A DNA stretch of 32,000 nucleotides from Erysipelothrix larvae (GTDB taxonomy: Bacteria > Bacillota_I > Bacilli_A > Erysipelotrichales > Erysipelotrichaceae): assembly GCF_001545095.1 (NCBI RefSeq), contig NZ_CP013213.1, positions 570,001 to 602,000 of the forward strand, in the 5' to 3' direction. Numbering within the stretch: position 1 is the first letter of the stretch; each line of letters begins with the position of its first letter. Below are positions 18,907 to 28,233 of this stretch, piece by piece. The position numbers were made by a program, and so were the translations under genes. The notes beneath the pieces were generated by a model. It saw only the letters and a list, made by a program, of their open reading frames with translations, was not told the DNA's origin and did not search any database.

Positions 18907-18949
18907 AGAGCTTTCAATTTAGAAATAATCTATTTTGAAAGCTCTTTTT
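18907..18949 (+). terminator. Hairpin/attenuator between the SBP gene and the ATPase gene
   Basis: 11-bp stem agagctttcaa/ttgaaagctct, 17-nt loop, T-run. It probably gives excess SBP transcript relative to the membrane components. Confidence 0.6.
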
Positions 18950-18989
18950 ATTAGTTTATAATATAATTATATTGAAAGGGGAATTTTCT

Positions 18990-20525
18990 ATGAAACCGGT
19001 TATAGAAATGAAAAACATTACTAAACGGTTCCCAGGGATAGTTGCCAATGATAATGTTACGTTATCATTGGAAAAAGGCGAAATTCATGCATTATTAGGT
19101 GAAAATGGTGCGGGTAAGTCAACCTTAATGTCTATTCTATTTGGTTTGTACGAACCCGATGAAGGAACAATTGAAGTAAATGGACAGCCAGTCAACATAA
19201 AAGATCCAAACGATGCGAATCGCTATGGGATTGGGATGGTGCATCAACACTTTAAACTTGTTGATAATTTTACCGTACTTGAAAATATTTTACTGGGGAT
19301 TGAACCAACAGAAAAAGGAATTTTTAAACCAAATCTTGCACGAAAGCGTGTTGAGGAATTGTCAAAACAGTACAACTTCAACATCGATCCTGACGCGAAA
19401 ATTGAAGATATTTCCGTAGGGATGCAACAGCGTGTTGAAATCATCAAGATGTTGTATCGCAACAATGACATCTTAATTTTTGATGAGCCAACTGCGGTCT
19501 TAACACCACAAGAGATTGATGAATTGATGAAGATCATGCATCAACTTGTATCTGAAGGAAAATCAATTATCTTCATTACCCATAAATTGAATGAAATTAA
19601 ACATGTGGCAGATCGTGTCACAATTTTAAGAAAAGGGAAATATATCTCTACGGTTGATGTTGAAAATACAACGGTGGAAATGATGTCTGAATTAATGGTT
19701 GGCCGTAAGGTTAACCTGAGTTTAGAACTTGAACCCAAAGAAACCGGGAAGACGGTCCTTAAGGTTCGCAATCTTTCCTATAATCCACTCAATCCAGCTG
19801 CGAAGTCTTTAGCAAATTTAAACTTTGATTTAAAAGAAGGTGAGATTTTAGGAATTGCGGGAATTGAAGGGAATGGTCAAACCGAGTTAATCTATGCCTT
19901 AACGGGACTCATTGATCACACTGAAGGAACGATTGAATTGAATGGGGAAGATGTATCAAAGGCATCCATTCGTCACCGAAACACGCATGGTTTGGCACAT
20001 ATTCCTGAAGACCGTCAAAAGCATGGTCTTGTACTTGACTTCTCATTATCTGAAAACTTTGCACTTCAAACCTATTTCGAAGATGCATATCAAAAAAACG
20101 GCATGATTGACTTTGATAAGCGTGAACAACACGCGAAACAACTCATTGAACAATTTGATGTTAGAAGTGGGGAAGGTGCAAAAACAAAAGTACGGAGCAT
20201 GTCAGGGGGGAACCAACAAAAAGCAATCGTTGCCCGTGAAATGGAACGGGATCACAATGTATTGATTGCAGTCCAACCAACACGGGGTCTTGATGTGGGA
20301 GCGATTGAGTACATTCACCGTCAAATCGTGAATGAACGCGACGCAGGGAAAGCCATCTTAATGGTTTCCTTAGAAATGAATGAGGTTTTAGGATTATCCG
20401 ATCGCATCCTTGTTATGTATAAGGGAGAATTTGTAGGTGCATTGAATCCAAAAGAAATTACAGAACAAGACTTAGGTCTTTATATGGCAGGTGTGAAGAA
20501 AGAGGCGGTTGATTATGAAAAATAA
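18990..20525 (+). CDS. ABC transporter ATP-binding protein with two fused nucleotide-binding domains (sugar/nucleoside CUT2 type)
   Basis: First Walker A GENGAGKST with FDEPTAVL Walker B. The second half carries MSGGNQQKAIVAREM. I chose ATG 18990 (MKPVIEMKNITKRF). Confidence 0.85.
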   Translation: MKPVIEMKNITKRFPGIVANDNVTLSLEKGEIHALLGENGAGKSTLMSILFGLYEPDEGTIEVNGQPVNIKDPNDANRYGIGMVHQHFKLVDNFTVLENILLGIEPTEKGIFKPNLARKRVEELSKQYNFNIDPDAKIEDISVGMQQRVEIIKMLYRNNDILIFDEPTAVLTPQEIDELMKIMHQLVSEGKSIIFITHKLNEIKHVADRVTILRKGKYISTVDVENTTVEMMSELMVGRKVNLSLELEPKETGKTVLKVRNLSYNPLNPAAKSLANLNFDLKEGEILGIAGIEGNGQTELIYALTGLIDHTEGTIELNGEDVSKASIRHRNTHGLAHIPEDRQKHGLVLDFSLSENFALQTYFEDAYQKNGMIDFDKREQHAKQLIEQFDVRSGEGAKTKVRSMSGGNQQKAIVAREMERDHNVLIAVQPTRGLDVGAIEYIHRQIVNERDAGKAILMVSLEMNEVLGLSDRILVMYKGEFVGALNPKEITEQDLGLYMAGVKKEAVDYEK

Positions 20526-21603
20526 ACTTAAATCAGGGTATCAAGCAGCACTTCCTTCACTCATCTCGATTCTTGTCGGTCTTGTGATTGCGGTGGTAAT
20601 TCTGATTGCAACAAATCCAGCCAACGCACTGGATGGGTTCTTTAGAATGATTAAAGGTCCCTTTAATTACGGTGCAGCACGCGGGCTGGGAAATATGTTG
20701 TTTTATGCAACACCCATTCTTATGACCGGGTTATCTGTAGCCTTTGCATTTAAGACAGGACTATTCAACATTGGTGCTTCAGGTCAATTTATGATTGGTT
20801 CCTTGGTATCGGTGTATATTGCGATTAAATGGACCTTTATACCGACCTCTGTATTATGGCTGGTTGCCTTGTTATTGGGTGCACTTGCCGGTGCTTTATG
20901 GGCCGCAGTTGTGGGGATTTTAAAGGCTTGGCGCAATGTCAACGAAGTCATTACCTCCATCATGATGAACTATATCGCAATGTATCTTGTGATGCATGTG
21001 ATTCGTTTTGGTGGCATCTATAATCAAGCACGCAATGAAACCATGAAAGTTGCTTCTCAAATACCAACCTTTGGTTTGGATAAAATATTTGTGCGCTCCT
21101 TTATCGACGGCGGTATTCTCATCGCGCTGATTTGTGCGGTTATTATCTATGTTGTATTAGAAAAAACAACCTTTGGTTATGAACTTAAAGCAGTTGGGTT
21201 AAACCGAGATGCTGCAAAGTATGCCGGAGTAAATGAAAAACGGGCGATTGTGACATCAATGATTATTGCTGGAGCACTTGCTGGATTGGGTGGTGGATTA
21301 ACCTATCTTGCAGGAACCTCTAAGAGCATTAACGTTGCAGCTGTGATTGCATCCGAAGGATTTGACGGAATTGCGGTTGCATTATTGGGAATGAGTCATC
21401 CATTTGGCGTCGTATTCTCTGCGTTCTTTATTTCTTATTTAAAACTGGGTGGACAAGCAATGCAAGTCATTGGTTATGTTCCTGAAATCGTTGAAATGAT
21501 GATTGGTATCATCTTGTATGTATCCGCATTATCCCTTCTATTCAGACGAATCATTACGAAGTTTAAAGAGAGACGCTTAAAAAAAGTAGGGGAGGAATCA
21601 TAA
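20515..21603 (+). CDS. ABC transporter permease (CUT2/BPD_transp_2 type), first of two
   Basis: About 362 aa polytopic protein overlapping the ATPase gene end by 11 nt. It has typical Gly-rich helices (GALAGLGGGL). Confidence 0.8.
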   Translation: MKNKLKSGYQAALPSLISILVGLVIAVVILIATNPANALDGFFRMIKGPFNYGAARGLGNMLFYATPILMTGLSVAFAFKTGLFNIGASGQFMIGSLVSVYIAIKWTFIPTSVLWLVALLLGALAGALWAAVVGILKAWRNVNEVITSIMMNYIAMYLVMHVIRFGGIYNQARNETMKVASQIPTFGLDKIFVRSFIDGGILIALICAVIIYVVLEKTTFGYELKAVGLNRDAAKYAGVNEKRAIVTSMIIAGALAGLGGGLTYLAGTSKSINVAAVIASEGFDGIAVALLGMSHPFGVVFSAFFISYLKLGGQAMQVIGYVPEIVEMMIGIILYVSALSLLFRRIITKFKERRLKKVGEES

Positions 21604-21604
21604 T

Positions 21605-22570
21605 ATGAATATGAATGATTTGTATTTCCTAATTCAACAAATGATGTTGTTCTCCGTGCCACTTCTTGTAGTCGCAATCGCGGGTATGTTTTCTGAACGC
21701 AGTGGTGTGGTAAATATTGCCCTTGAAGGGATTATGATTATGGGTGCATTTTCAGGAACCTTGTTTATGCACTTGAACCAAACAAATGGTGGCCTTTCGG
21801 GCTATCCATTGCTCTTTGCATCCATGGCGATCGCAACGGTGACAGGAATGGTATATGCACTGTTTCATGCTTTTGCATCCATTGAAATGTCTGCAGATCA
21901 AACCATCTCAGGGACAGCCTTGAACTTATTTGCCCCTGCATTTGTGATTTTCTCAGCACGTTCAGTGATTGGTATCCAACAAGTCAATTTTCAAAATACA
22001 TTCTTAATTCAAAGTGTTCCACTTTTGGGAGATATTCCAATCATTGGAAGAATGTTCTTCCAAAATGCATACCTATCAACCTATCTTGGATTTTTAATCC
22101 TGATTATCGCAAGTTTCGTATTATATAAAACTCCATTTGGCTTACGACTTCGATCCGCAGGTGAAAATCCACAAGCAACCGATGCTGCTGGTATCAGTGT
22201 GCGCAAGATTCGGTATGCCGGTGTCCTTATTTCAGGCGCACTTGCAGGATTGGGTGGACTCATCTATATTATCCCTGTTACCGTTACCTTCAACGCTGAT
22301 GTTGCAGGGTATGGGTTCTTGGCAATTGCGGTATTAATTTTTGGACAATGGAAGCCAAGTCGTATCTTAACGTCTGCGTTGTTCTTTGGATTGTTGAAGA
22401 CTATTTCTGCTTCTTATTCAGGCATTCAATTCTTCTTCAACCTAAATATTCCACAAGTAATCTATCAAGTCATCCCTTATGTTGCGACCTTGATTGTGCT
22501 TGTTATTTCATCGAAGAAATCACAAGGACCCAAAGCACTTGGGGAACCTTTTGATAAAGGAAAACGTTAA
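21605..22570 (+). CDS. ABC transporter permease (CUT2 type), second of two
   Basis: 321 aa polytopic protein starting 1 nt after the previous stop. Contains GALAGLGGLIY. Confidence 0.8.
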   Translation: MNMNDLYFLIQQMMLFSVPLLVVAIAGMFSERSGVVNIALEGIMIMGAFSGTLFMHLNQTNGGLSGYPLLFASMAIATVTGMVYALFHAFASIEMSADQTISGTALNLFAPAFVIFSARSVIGIQQVNFQNTFLIQSVPLLGDIPIIGRMFFQNAYLSTYLGFLILIIASFVLYKTPFGLRLRSAGENPQATDAAGISVRKIRYAGVLISGALAGLGGLIYIIPVTVTFNADVAGYGFLAIAVLIFGQWKPSRILTSALFFGLLKTISASYSGIQFFFNLNIPQVIYQVIPYVATLIVLVISSKKSQGPKALGEPFDKGKR

Positions 22571-22611
22571 TTAAATATATGTATGAGTTCAATCATTGAT
22601 GGACTCACCAA

Positions 22612-22650
22612 AATAAAGCGGTGCATTCATTTGAGTGCACCGCTTCTTAT
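22612..22650. terminator. Bidirectional terminator between the ABC operon and the convergent hydrolase gene
   Basis: 11-bp stem aagcggtgcat/gtgcaccgctt (22616-22645) with flanking A-rich and T-rich runs. Confidence 0.75.
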
Positions 22651-22652
22651 GT

Positions 22653-23507
22653 TTAGGCATTAAAGGCTTCGTTGATAAACAAGAGGATATCCTTTGTGAC
22701 CCGTTCTTTTTCGTCATCATTGAGCACCTCATGGCGGGAGTGTTCATAGATGTTTGCACGAATTGGAATGGATATGTGTTTTTGTAGATGATAGATGGCT
22801 TGATTAAACCCGTCTCGTTTAAAGTCTGGACACGGATCTTCTTGACCGATTACAAAAAGACAAGGGATGTCCGAGGTAAAGGGAAGTTGATCTTTATCAT
22901 ACACTTCATAAAACAAATCCATGAGGACATCATACCCTTGATAGGTTAACGGAAATCCACACAAAGGATCATTGAGGTATGCTTGGACATTCTCTTTATT
23001 ATTTGAGAGCCAATCAATCTTTGAACTTCCTTTAGGCAATGATTTCGCAAGGGTGTTATTCAACATTGAATCAATAAAGAGAGCGGGCTTGGTTTTCCTT
23101 CCCAGTCCCAAAAGGGAAATACCCCGTTTAAGAAGTTTAAACCCTGCTGGTTTATAAGGAGACCCAGATAAAATAAGGGCATCAACGGTTTGTGGATGAT
23201 GGTAGAAGAAGGCACGGGCTACTAAGGATCCCATGGAGTGTCCAAAGACGATATGGGGTTCAGGTAAGGGTTCTAAAAGTGTGTAGAGTGCGTCTGTCAT
23301 GGCTTCAACGGATTCCAAATGACCTTTTTGATTGTTTGTGATGGATTCGCCATGTCCGGGTAAATCAACACTCAATACAGCATAGCCCTTTTGTGATAGT
23401 TGAGATGCAAAGTGTTGATATCGTTTACGATGTTCGGCCATTCCGTGTATAATAAGTACAGTACCGAGTGCTTGAGGTGTTTCGATATAGGTGTGTTTAA
23501 GATCCAT
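22653..23507 (-). CDS. Alpha/beta hydrolase (lysophospholipase / monoacylglycerol-lipase-like)
   Basis: HGMAEHRKRY and nucleophile elbow GHSMGS. I chose ATG 23507, which lies 11 nt after AAGGAG. GTG 23516 is only 2 nt from the Shine-Dalgarno site. Confidence 0.8.
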   Translation of the reverse strand: MDLKHTYIETPQALGTVLIIHGMAEHRKRYQHFASQLSQKGYAVLSVDLPGHGESITNNQKGHLESVEAMTDALYTLLEPLPEPHIVFGHSMGSLVARAFFYHHPQTVDALILSGSPYKPAGFKLLKRGISLLGLGRKTKPALFIDSMLNNTLAKSLPKGSSKIDWLSNNKENVQAYLNDPLCGFPLTYQGYDVLMDLFYEVYDKDQLPFTSDIPCLFVIGQEDPCPDFKRDGFNQAIYHLQKHISIPIRANIYEHSRHEVLNDDEKERVTKDILLFINEAFNA

Positions 23508-23520
23508 TAATATCACATCT

Positions 23521-23546
23521 CCTTGATATACATGATTATATCAAGG
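23521..23546. promoter_or_regulatory. Perfect 10-6-10 inverted repeat in the 80-bp divergent intergenic region
   Basis: ccttgatata-catgat-tatatcaagg. On the minus-strand transcript, the 3' arm overlaps the first 4 nt of the hydrolase Shine-Dalgarno site (AAGGAG, 23519-23524). Confidence 0.5.
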
Positions 23547-23587
23547 ATTCGCACACTTATGAAGTCATATACAGAAAAGAGGTTTTT

Positions 23588-24736
23588 ATGATCAGTGTTA
23601 TTGGAGGCGGTCCCAGTGGAATGATGGCAGCATACAGTGCAAAGCTTCACAATCCGAAAACGCGTGTTGTGTTGTTTGATAGAAATCCGAATTTAGGCAA
23701 GAAAATGCGATTGACAGGAGGTGGCCGCTGTAATGTTACCGCCAATGTATCCCTGGAAGATTTGGTGAAATCCGTGGTGAAAAATGGACGGTTTCTTTAC
23801 AGCAGTTTCAATAATTTAGGTCCCCAAGAAATTCAAGCGTTTTTTAAGCACTATGGTGTAGAACTGATTGAAGAAGATCATCACCGCATGTTTCCAAAGT
23901 CACATCGTTCCCATGATATTGTGGACGCCTGTGAGCGGGCGTTGGTTGATGTGGGCGTTGAACTTCGTTTAGGGGTGAATGTCGAAACACTGACACCAAC
24001 TTCAATCAGTGTTGATGGTACATCCATTCAATGTGAACATATCATCATCGCAACTGGTGGTCGTACCTTGCCTCAAACAGGGTCTGATGGCAGTGGGTAT
24101 GAGTTTGCCAGCGCATTGGGTCATACGGTCACAAACCTATTACCACAAGAAGTACCATTGGTCTCAAATGATGCCCTGATTCAATCAAAAGCACTTCAAG
24201 GCTTATCGTTTAAGGATGTTCAAGTGAAGGTAAAGGATGGTAAGAAAACACTCGCAACCCTCACCCATGATCTCATTATCACGCATTTTGGTTATTCAGG
24301 ACCCGTCGCCTTAAGAGCCAGCTTTTATGTTCAACGTCTGATTGAAAATCAAAAGGGACCGGTCACCCTTGAAATTGACTTTATGCCTGGGTTTCAAGCG
24401 ATTGATGACACACACCCAAACCTTCAAAAAAGACTCTTGGATGTCCTATCAAAGCAAGATTCATCGCTTATTGATGCGTTGAAACACTTTAAAACATCAA
24501 TCTATGCAACCCGCGGTTTTAGTTATGCTTTTGTCACCAATGGGGGTGTCATGGTGAAAGAGATTGATCCAAAGACCATGAAATCTAAACGCTTTGAAAC
24601 GATTTCCTTTTGTGGGGAAGTAATGGATGTGAGTGCATTTACCGGGGGTTATAATATCACCGCAGCACTATCAAGTGGATATACTGCAGGAAAATACTGC
24701 ATGGAGGGGAAATATGAAACAGTGGATATTCTTTGA
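23588..24736 (+). CDS. BaiN/HI0933-family NAD(P)/FAD-dependent oxidoreductase
   Basis: VIGGGPSGMMAA dinucleotide fold and the family-specific LTGGGRCNVTAN motif. 382 aa. Confidence 0.8.
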   Translation: MISVIGGGPSGMMAAYSAKLHNPKTRVVLFDRNPNLGKKMRLTGGGRCNVTANVSLEDLVKSVVKNGRFLYSSFNNLGPQEIQAFFKHYGVELIEEDHHRMFPKSHRSHDIVDACERALVDVGVELRLGVNVETLTPTSISVDGTSIQCEHIIIATGGRTLPQTGSDGSGYEFASALGHTVTNLLPQEVPLVSNDALIQSKALQGLSFKDVQVKVKDGKKTLATLTHDLIITHFGYSGPVALRASFYVQRLIENQKGPVTLEIDFMPGFQAIDDTHPNLQKRLLDVLSKQDSSLIDALKHFKTSIYATRGFSYAFVTNGGVMVKEIDPKTMKSKRFETISFCGEVMDVSAFTGGYNITAALSSGYTAGKYCMEGKYETVDIL

Positions 24737-25336
24737 TGTTGGATCAACACTGGTCGATGAAACAAAGACCTATGATGCCTTTATACACGCCTGTGTTGAA
24801 TCGTTCGCGTAAAGAAGGGATTTATGTGTCGTTTGAAGCGTTTGAATCAAAAATGATTGAAGCGTCCACAAACGGACTGCCACCCATACGGACTGTTTGG
24901 AATGCTTTATCTTCGTCAAAGCGACCGTTGTGGAACACCCAACACGAAACCTTAATCCAAGACGCCTTGTATGTCCTTCAAACCTTATCAAAGAAATATC
25001 ACTTAGGCATTATTGTAAAATCAAGGGTTGGGTCTTGAAGCGCGTCTTCATGCATTTAAGATCAGAACCTATTTTGAGTGTGTTATATCCTCCAGTGATG
25101 TTGGGTTTAATAAACCACAACGTGAAATCTTTGAATATGCTTTAAAAATAAGTGGCTGTGATCCTCAAGATGCGGTCTATGTGGGGGATCGTTATGACAA
25201 TGATAGTCTTCTTTCGAAACAACTGGGATTTACAACCGTTCATTTTTTAAATGGTTTAGGAAAACATCAACCGATCACAAAGATGCAAAGTGACGATACA
25301 ATAGAGTCCCTCACACAACTTCTGGATCTTTTTTAA
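24714..25336 (+). pseudogene. HAD-IA family hydrolase disrupted by two +1 frameshifts
   Basis: Frame 0 starts at ATG 24714 (GGAGGGG Shine-Dalgarno site) and reads MKQWIFFDVGSTLVDE... (HAD motif I) to the TAA at 24810. The cap domain continues in frame +1 (KEGIYVSFEAF...KYHLGIIV) to the TGA at 25036. Motifs II-III continue in frame +2 (NQGLGLEARL...SSSDVGFNKPQ...VYVGDRYDND). Confidence 0.75.
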
Positions 25337-25372
25337 AAACTGATAGCTTTGCGAATTTTGGTGTTTTCGTGT

Positions 25373-25633
25373 TTGACTTTACAGCCCAAAGTCTATATTA
25401 TAAGTGTAGAGCGATGAAAAGAAGTAGTAAATCGGTGGTGTATTTGGTAAAGAGATCTGATGGTTGGTGAAAATCAGAAGTATACACGGTTGAACTCGTC
25501 TTGGAGCACTTTATGGGATATGTACTGTAAAGCGTAAAATCTGCGTTAAAGATTAAAGCGCCCATAATTGTTTATGGGAACTAAGGTGGTACCGCGGTAA
25601 TTGATTATCGTCCTTTGCGTGGTGCTTTTTTTT
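25373..25633 (+). promoter_or_regulatory. Promoter plus Leu-specific T-box riboswitch leader of leuS
   Basis: TTGACT (25373)-17-TATTAT (25396). Stem I has GATGA, AGTAGTA and a GGTGAAAA distal loop. The specifier loop is GAA-CTC-G (CTC at 25495-25497). The T-box core is AACTAAGGTGGTACCGCGG (25579-25597). A terminator helix ends in a T8 run (25626-25633). Confidence 0.9.
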
Positions 25634-25654
25634 ATAGTTTAAAGGAGAAAAGAT

Positions 25655-28060
25655 ATGTACAATCATCTTGATATTGAAAAGAAATGGCAAGCGTATTGGG
25701 AAGAAAACGAGACGTTTAAGACGGATACGCATAATCTCAGTGTTCCAAAATATTACGTCTTGGATATGTTTCCCTATCCATCAGGCGATGGCCTCCATGT
25801 GGGACACCCACGTGGCTATACAGGGACTGACATCATTGCACGTCGTAAACGGATGCAAGGATTTAATGTGCTTCATCCAATGGGGTGGGATGCGTTTGGA
25901 CTTCCTGCAGAACAGTTTGCCTTGAAAACAGGAAACCATCCGGATGGCTTTACCCAAAAGAATATCTTAACGTTCAAAAAACAAATGCAGATGTTGGGAC
26001 TTTCGTATGATTGGTCGCGTGAATTATCCACAACAGATAAAGACTATTATAAGTGGACGCAGTGGATCTTTACGAAGCTTTATGAACAAGGGCTTGCTTA
26101 TGTTGATGAAAAACCGGTGAACTTCTGTCCAGAACTGGGAACCGTGCTTGCAAATGAAGAAGTCATTGATGGTAAAAGTGAAGTGGGTGGCTTTGATGTC
26201 ATTCGTTTACCAATGCGTCAGTGGGTCTTGAAGATTACTGCCTATGCAGAACGGTTACTTGAAGATTTAGAGCTTGTTGATTGGCCAACCTCAACCAAAG
26301 AAATGCAAATTAACTGGATTGGGAAATCAGTGGGTTCAAATGTCGTCTTTAAAGTAGACAATCATGACTTAGAGTTTACAGTGTTCACAACCCGTGCAGA
26401 TACCTTGTTTGGTGCGACGTATTGTGTCTTAGCACCAGAACATCCATTCATTAACCAAATTACGACTGTGGATAAAAAAGAAGAAGTTGAACAGTATGTT
26501 GATAAAGTGTCGCATAAAAGTGATCTTGAACGTACAGAACTGAATAAGGAAAAAACCGGTGTATTTACAGGGGCGTATGCGATTAACCCTGTGAATGGTA
26601 AGAAAGTTCCAATTTATATTGCCGATTATGTACTGGCTTCTTATGGAACGGGTGCCATTATGGCGGTGCCTGCACACGATGAACGTGACTATGAGTTCGC
26701 AACGAAATATAACATTGACATTATTCCAGTGCTTGAAGGTGGGGACTTAAGTGTTGAAGCCTTTGTGGGTGATGGTAAGCATATCAACTCTGATTTCTTA
26801 GATGGTATGGGTAAAGAAGAAGCCATTGAAGTAATGAATGCATGGCTTGTGAAACAAGGCGTTGGGGAATATAAGATTTCGTATAAACTGCGTGATTGGT
26901 TATTCTCACGTCAACGTTATTGGGGTGAACCCATTCCAATTGTGCATATGAGCGATGGGTCCATGCGTACAGTAGCGCTTGATGAATTACCCCTTGAATT
27001 ACCGGAAGTTGGAGATTACAAACCGGCACCTGATGGTCAATCACCGCTTGCGAAAGCAGAAGATTGGTTGGAAGTTACCTTCCCAGATGGTTCAAAAGGA
27101 CGTCGTGAAACCAATACCATGCCACAATGGGCAGGCTCATGTTGGTATTATATGCGTTATATTGACCCAACCAACACTGAAGCAATTGGCGATCCAACAC
27201 TCCTCAATCACTGGTTACCGGTTGATTTATATGTGGGTGGTGCAGAACATGCGGTTCTTCACTTATTGTATGCACGGTTCTGGCATAAAGTCTTATACGA
27301 TATTGGTGTTGTTGCAACGAAAGAACCGTTTGCGAAACTGTATCACCAAGGGATGATTTTAGGATCCAACAATGAAAAAATGAGTAAGTCACGTGGAAAC
27401 GTTGTGAATCCCGATGATATTGTGAAGACACACGGTGCTGATGCACTGCGCGTCTATGAAATGTTTATGGGACCATTTGATGGGGCTATTCCTTGGAGTA
27501 CACGCGGTCTTGATGGAATTCGTAAATGGTTAGACCGAGTATGGCGTCTTGTTATGGATGAAAACAAGCTCAGCGATCACAATGATGGATCACTGGATTA
27601 TGTATACCATGCAACCGTTGAGAAAGTGGATCGTGATATTGAAAACTTCGGATTCAATACAGCCATCTCACAATTAATGATTTTTGTTAATGAAGCGTAT
27701 AAACAAGAAACACTTTACAAAGACTATGCTCTTGGTTTTGTGAAATTGTTGAGTGTCTTTGCACCACATATGGGTGAAGAAATGTATGAAGCCTTAAGTG
27801 GACAAACAGGGATTGCTTATGAAGCATGGCCAACCTATGATCCTCAAAAATTAATTAAGGATGAAGTCCAAATTGTGGTTCAAATAAATGGTAAAGTGCG
27901 TGCGAAATTTGATACAGCAAATGGTCAATCCGATGAAGCTTTACAAGACCTTGCATTTGACCAAGATAACATCAAGAAATATCTTGAAACCTTTGATGTA
28001 GTGAAGGTGATTGTTGTGAAAAATAAGATCGTGAACATTGTGGTCAAACCGAAAGCATAA
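25655..28060 (+). CDS. leuS: Leucine--tRNA ligase
   Basis: 801 aa. Class I HIGH motif (LHVGHPRGY) and KMSKS motif (KMSKSRGN). Canonical N-terminus [17 protein letters not shown]. Confidence 0.97.
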   Translation: MYNHLDIEKKWQAYWEENETFKTDTHNLSVPKYYVLDMFPYPSGDGLHVGHPRGYTGTDIIARRKRMQGFNVLHPMGWDAFGLPAEQFALKTGNHPDGFTQKNILTFKKQMQMLGLSYDWSRELSTTDKDYYKWTQWIFTKLYEQGLAYVDEKPVNFCPELGTVLANEEVIDGKSEVGGFDVIRLPMRQWVLKITAYAERLLEDLELVDWPTSTKEMQINWIGKSVGSNVVFKVDNHDLEFTVFTTRADTLFGATYCVLAPEHPFINQITTVDKKEEVEQYVDKVSHKSDLERTELNKEKTGVFTGAYAINPVNGKKVPIYIADYVLASYGTGAIMAVPAHDERDYEFATKYNIDIIPVLEGGDLSVEAFVGDGKHINSDFLDGMGKEEAIEVMNAWLVKQGVGEYKISYKLRDWLFSRQRYWGEPIPIVHMSDGSMRTVALDELPLELPEVGDYKPAPDGQSPLAKAEDWLEVTFPDGSKGRRETNTMPQWAGSCWYYMRYIDPTNTEAIGDPTLLNHWLPVDLYVGGAEHAVLHLLYARFWHKVLYDIGVVATKEPFAKLYHQGMILGSNNEKMSKSRGNVVNPDDIVKTHGADALRVYEMFMGPFDGAIPWSTRGLDGIRKWLDRVWRLVMDENKLSDHNDGSLDYVYHATVEKVDRDIENFGFNTAISQLMIFVNEAYKQETLYKDYALGFVKLLSVFAPHMGEEMYEALSGQTGIAYEAWPTYDPQKLIKDEVQIVVQINGKVRAKFDTANGQSDEALQDLAFDQDNIKKYLETFDVVKVIVVKNKIVNIVVKPKA

Positions 28061-28233
28061 TGATGTGAAAATGTTAAAAAAATCAAGATTTTTCACAAAG
28101 TTTTGAAATTTAGTGTAAAAAAAAGCACAATTGGGGGTAAAAAGGGGCTCAGTTTGACAAACTGGGTGTTCCTTAATTGTGTGAGATTATGGGGTGGGGT
28201 ATAATAATATGGACAATTATAGGAGGAATATTA

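Noticed and set aside
24714-25336. Programmed ribosomal frameshifting as an explanation for the three-frame HAD gene.
   Set aside because: Two independent +1 events would be needed. Neither site has a recognisable slippery heptamer plus stimulatory structure or an internal Shine-Dalgarno-like stimulator. Decay or homopolymer error is far more parsimonious.
28144-28170. A hairpin ctcagttt-gaca-aactggg after leuS that looked like a possible terminator or RNA element.
   Set aside because: No T-run follows it, and its loop is the TTGACA hexamer of a plausible promoter. It is most likely coincidental. leuS termination may rely on the weak AT-rich hairpin at about 28065-28096.
28177-28233. A 19-aa hydrophobic N-terminal extension (MCEIMGWGIIIWTIIGGIL) of the NDH-2 ORF, which could have been a signal or anchor, or a leader peptide.
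   Set aside because: The extension begins at a TTG, overlaps the TATAAT promoter element (28199-28204) and has no Shine-Dalgarno site. The ATG at 28234 has a perfect AGGAGG 7 nt upstream and gives the canonical MGTKIVVVGAG NDH-2 start.
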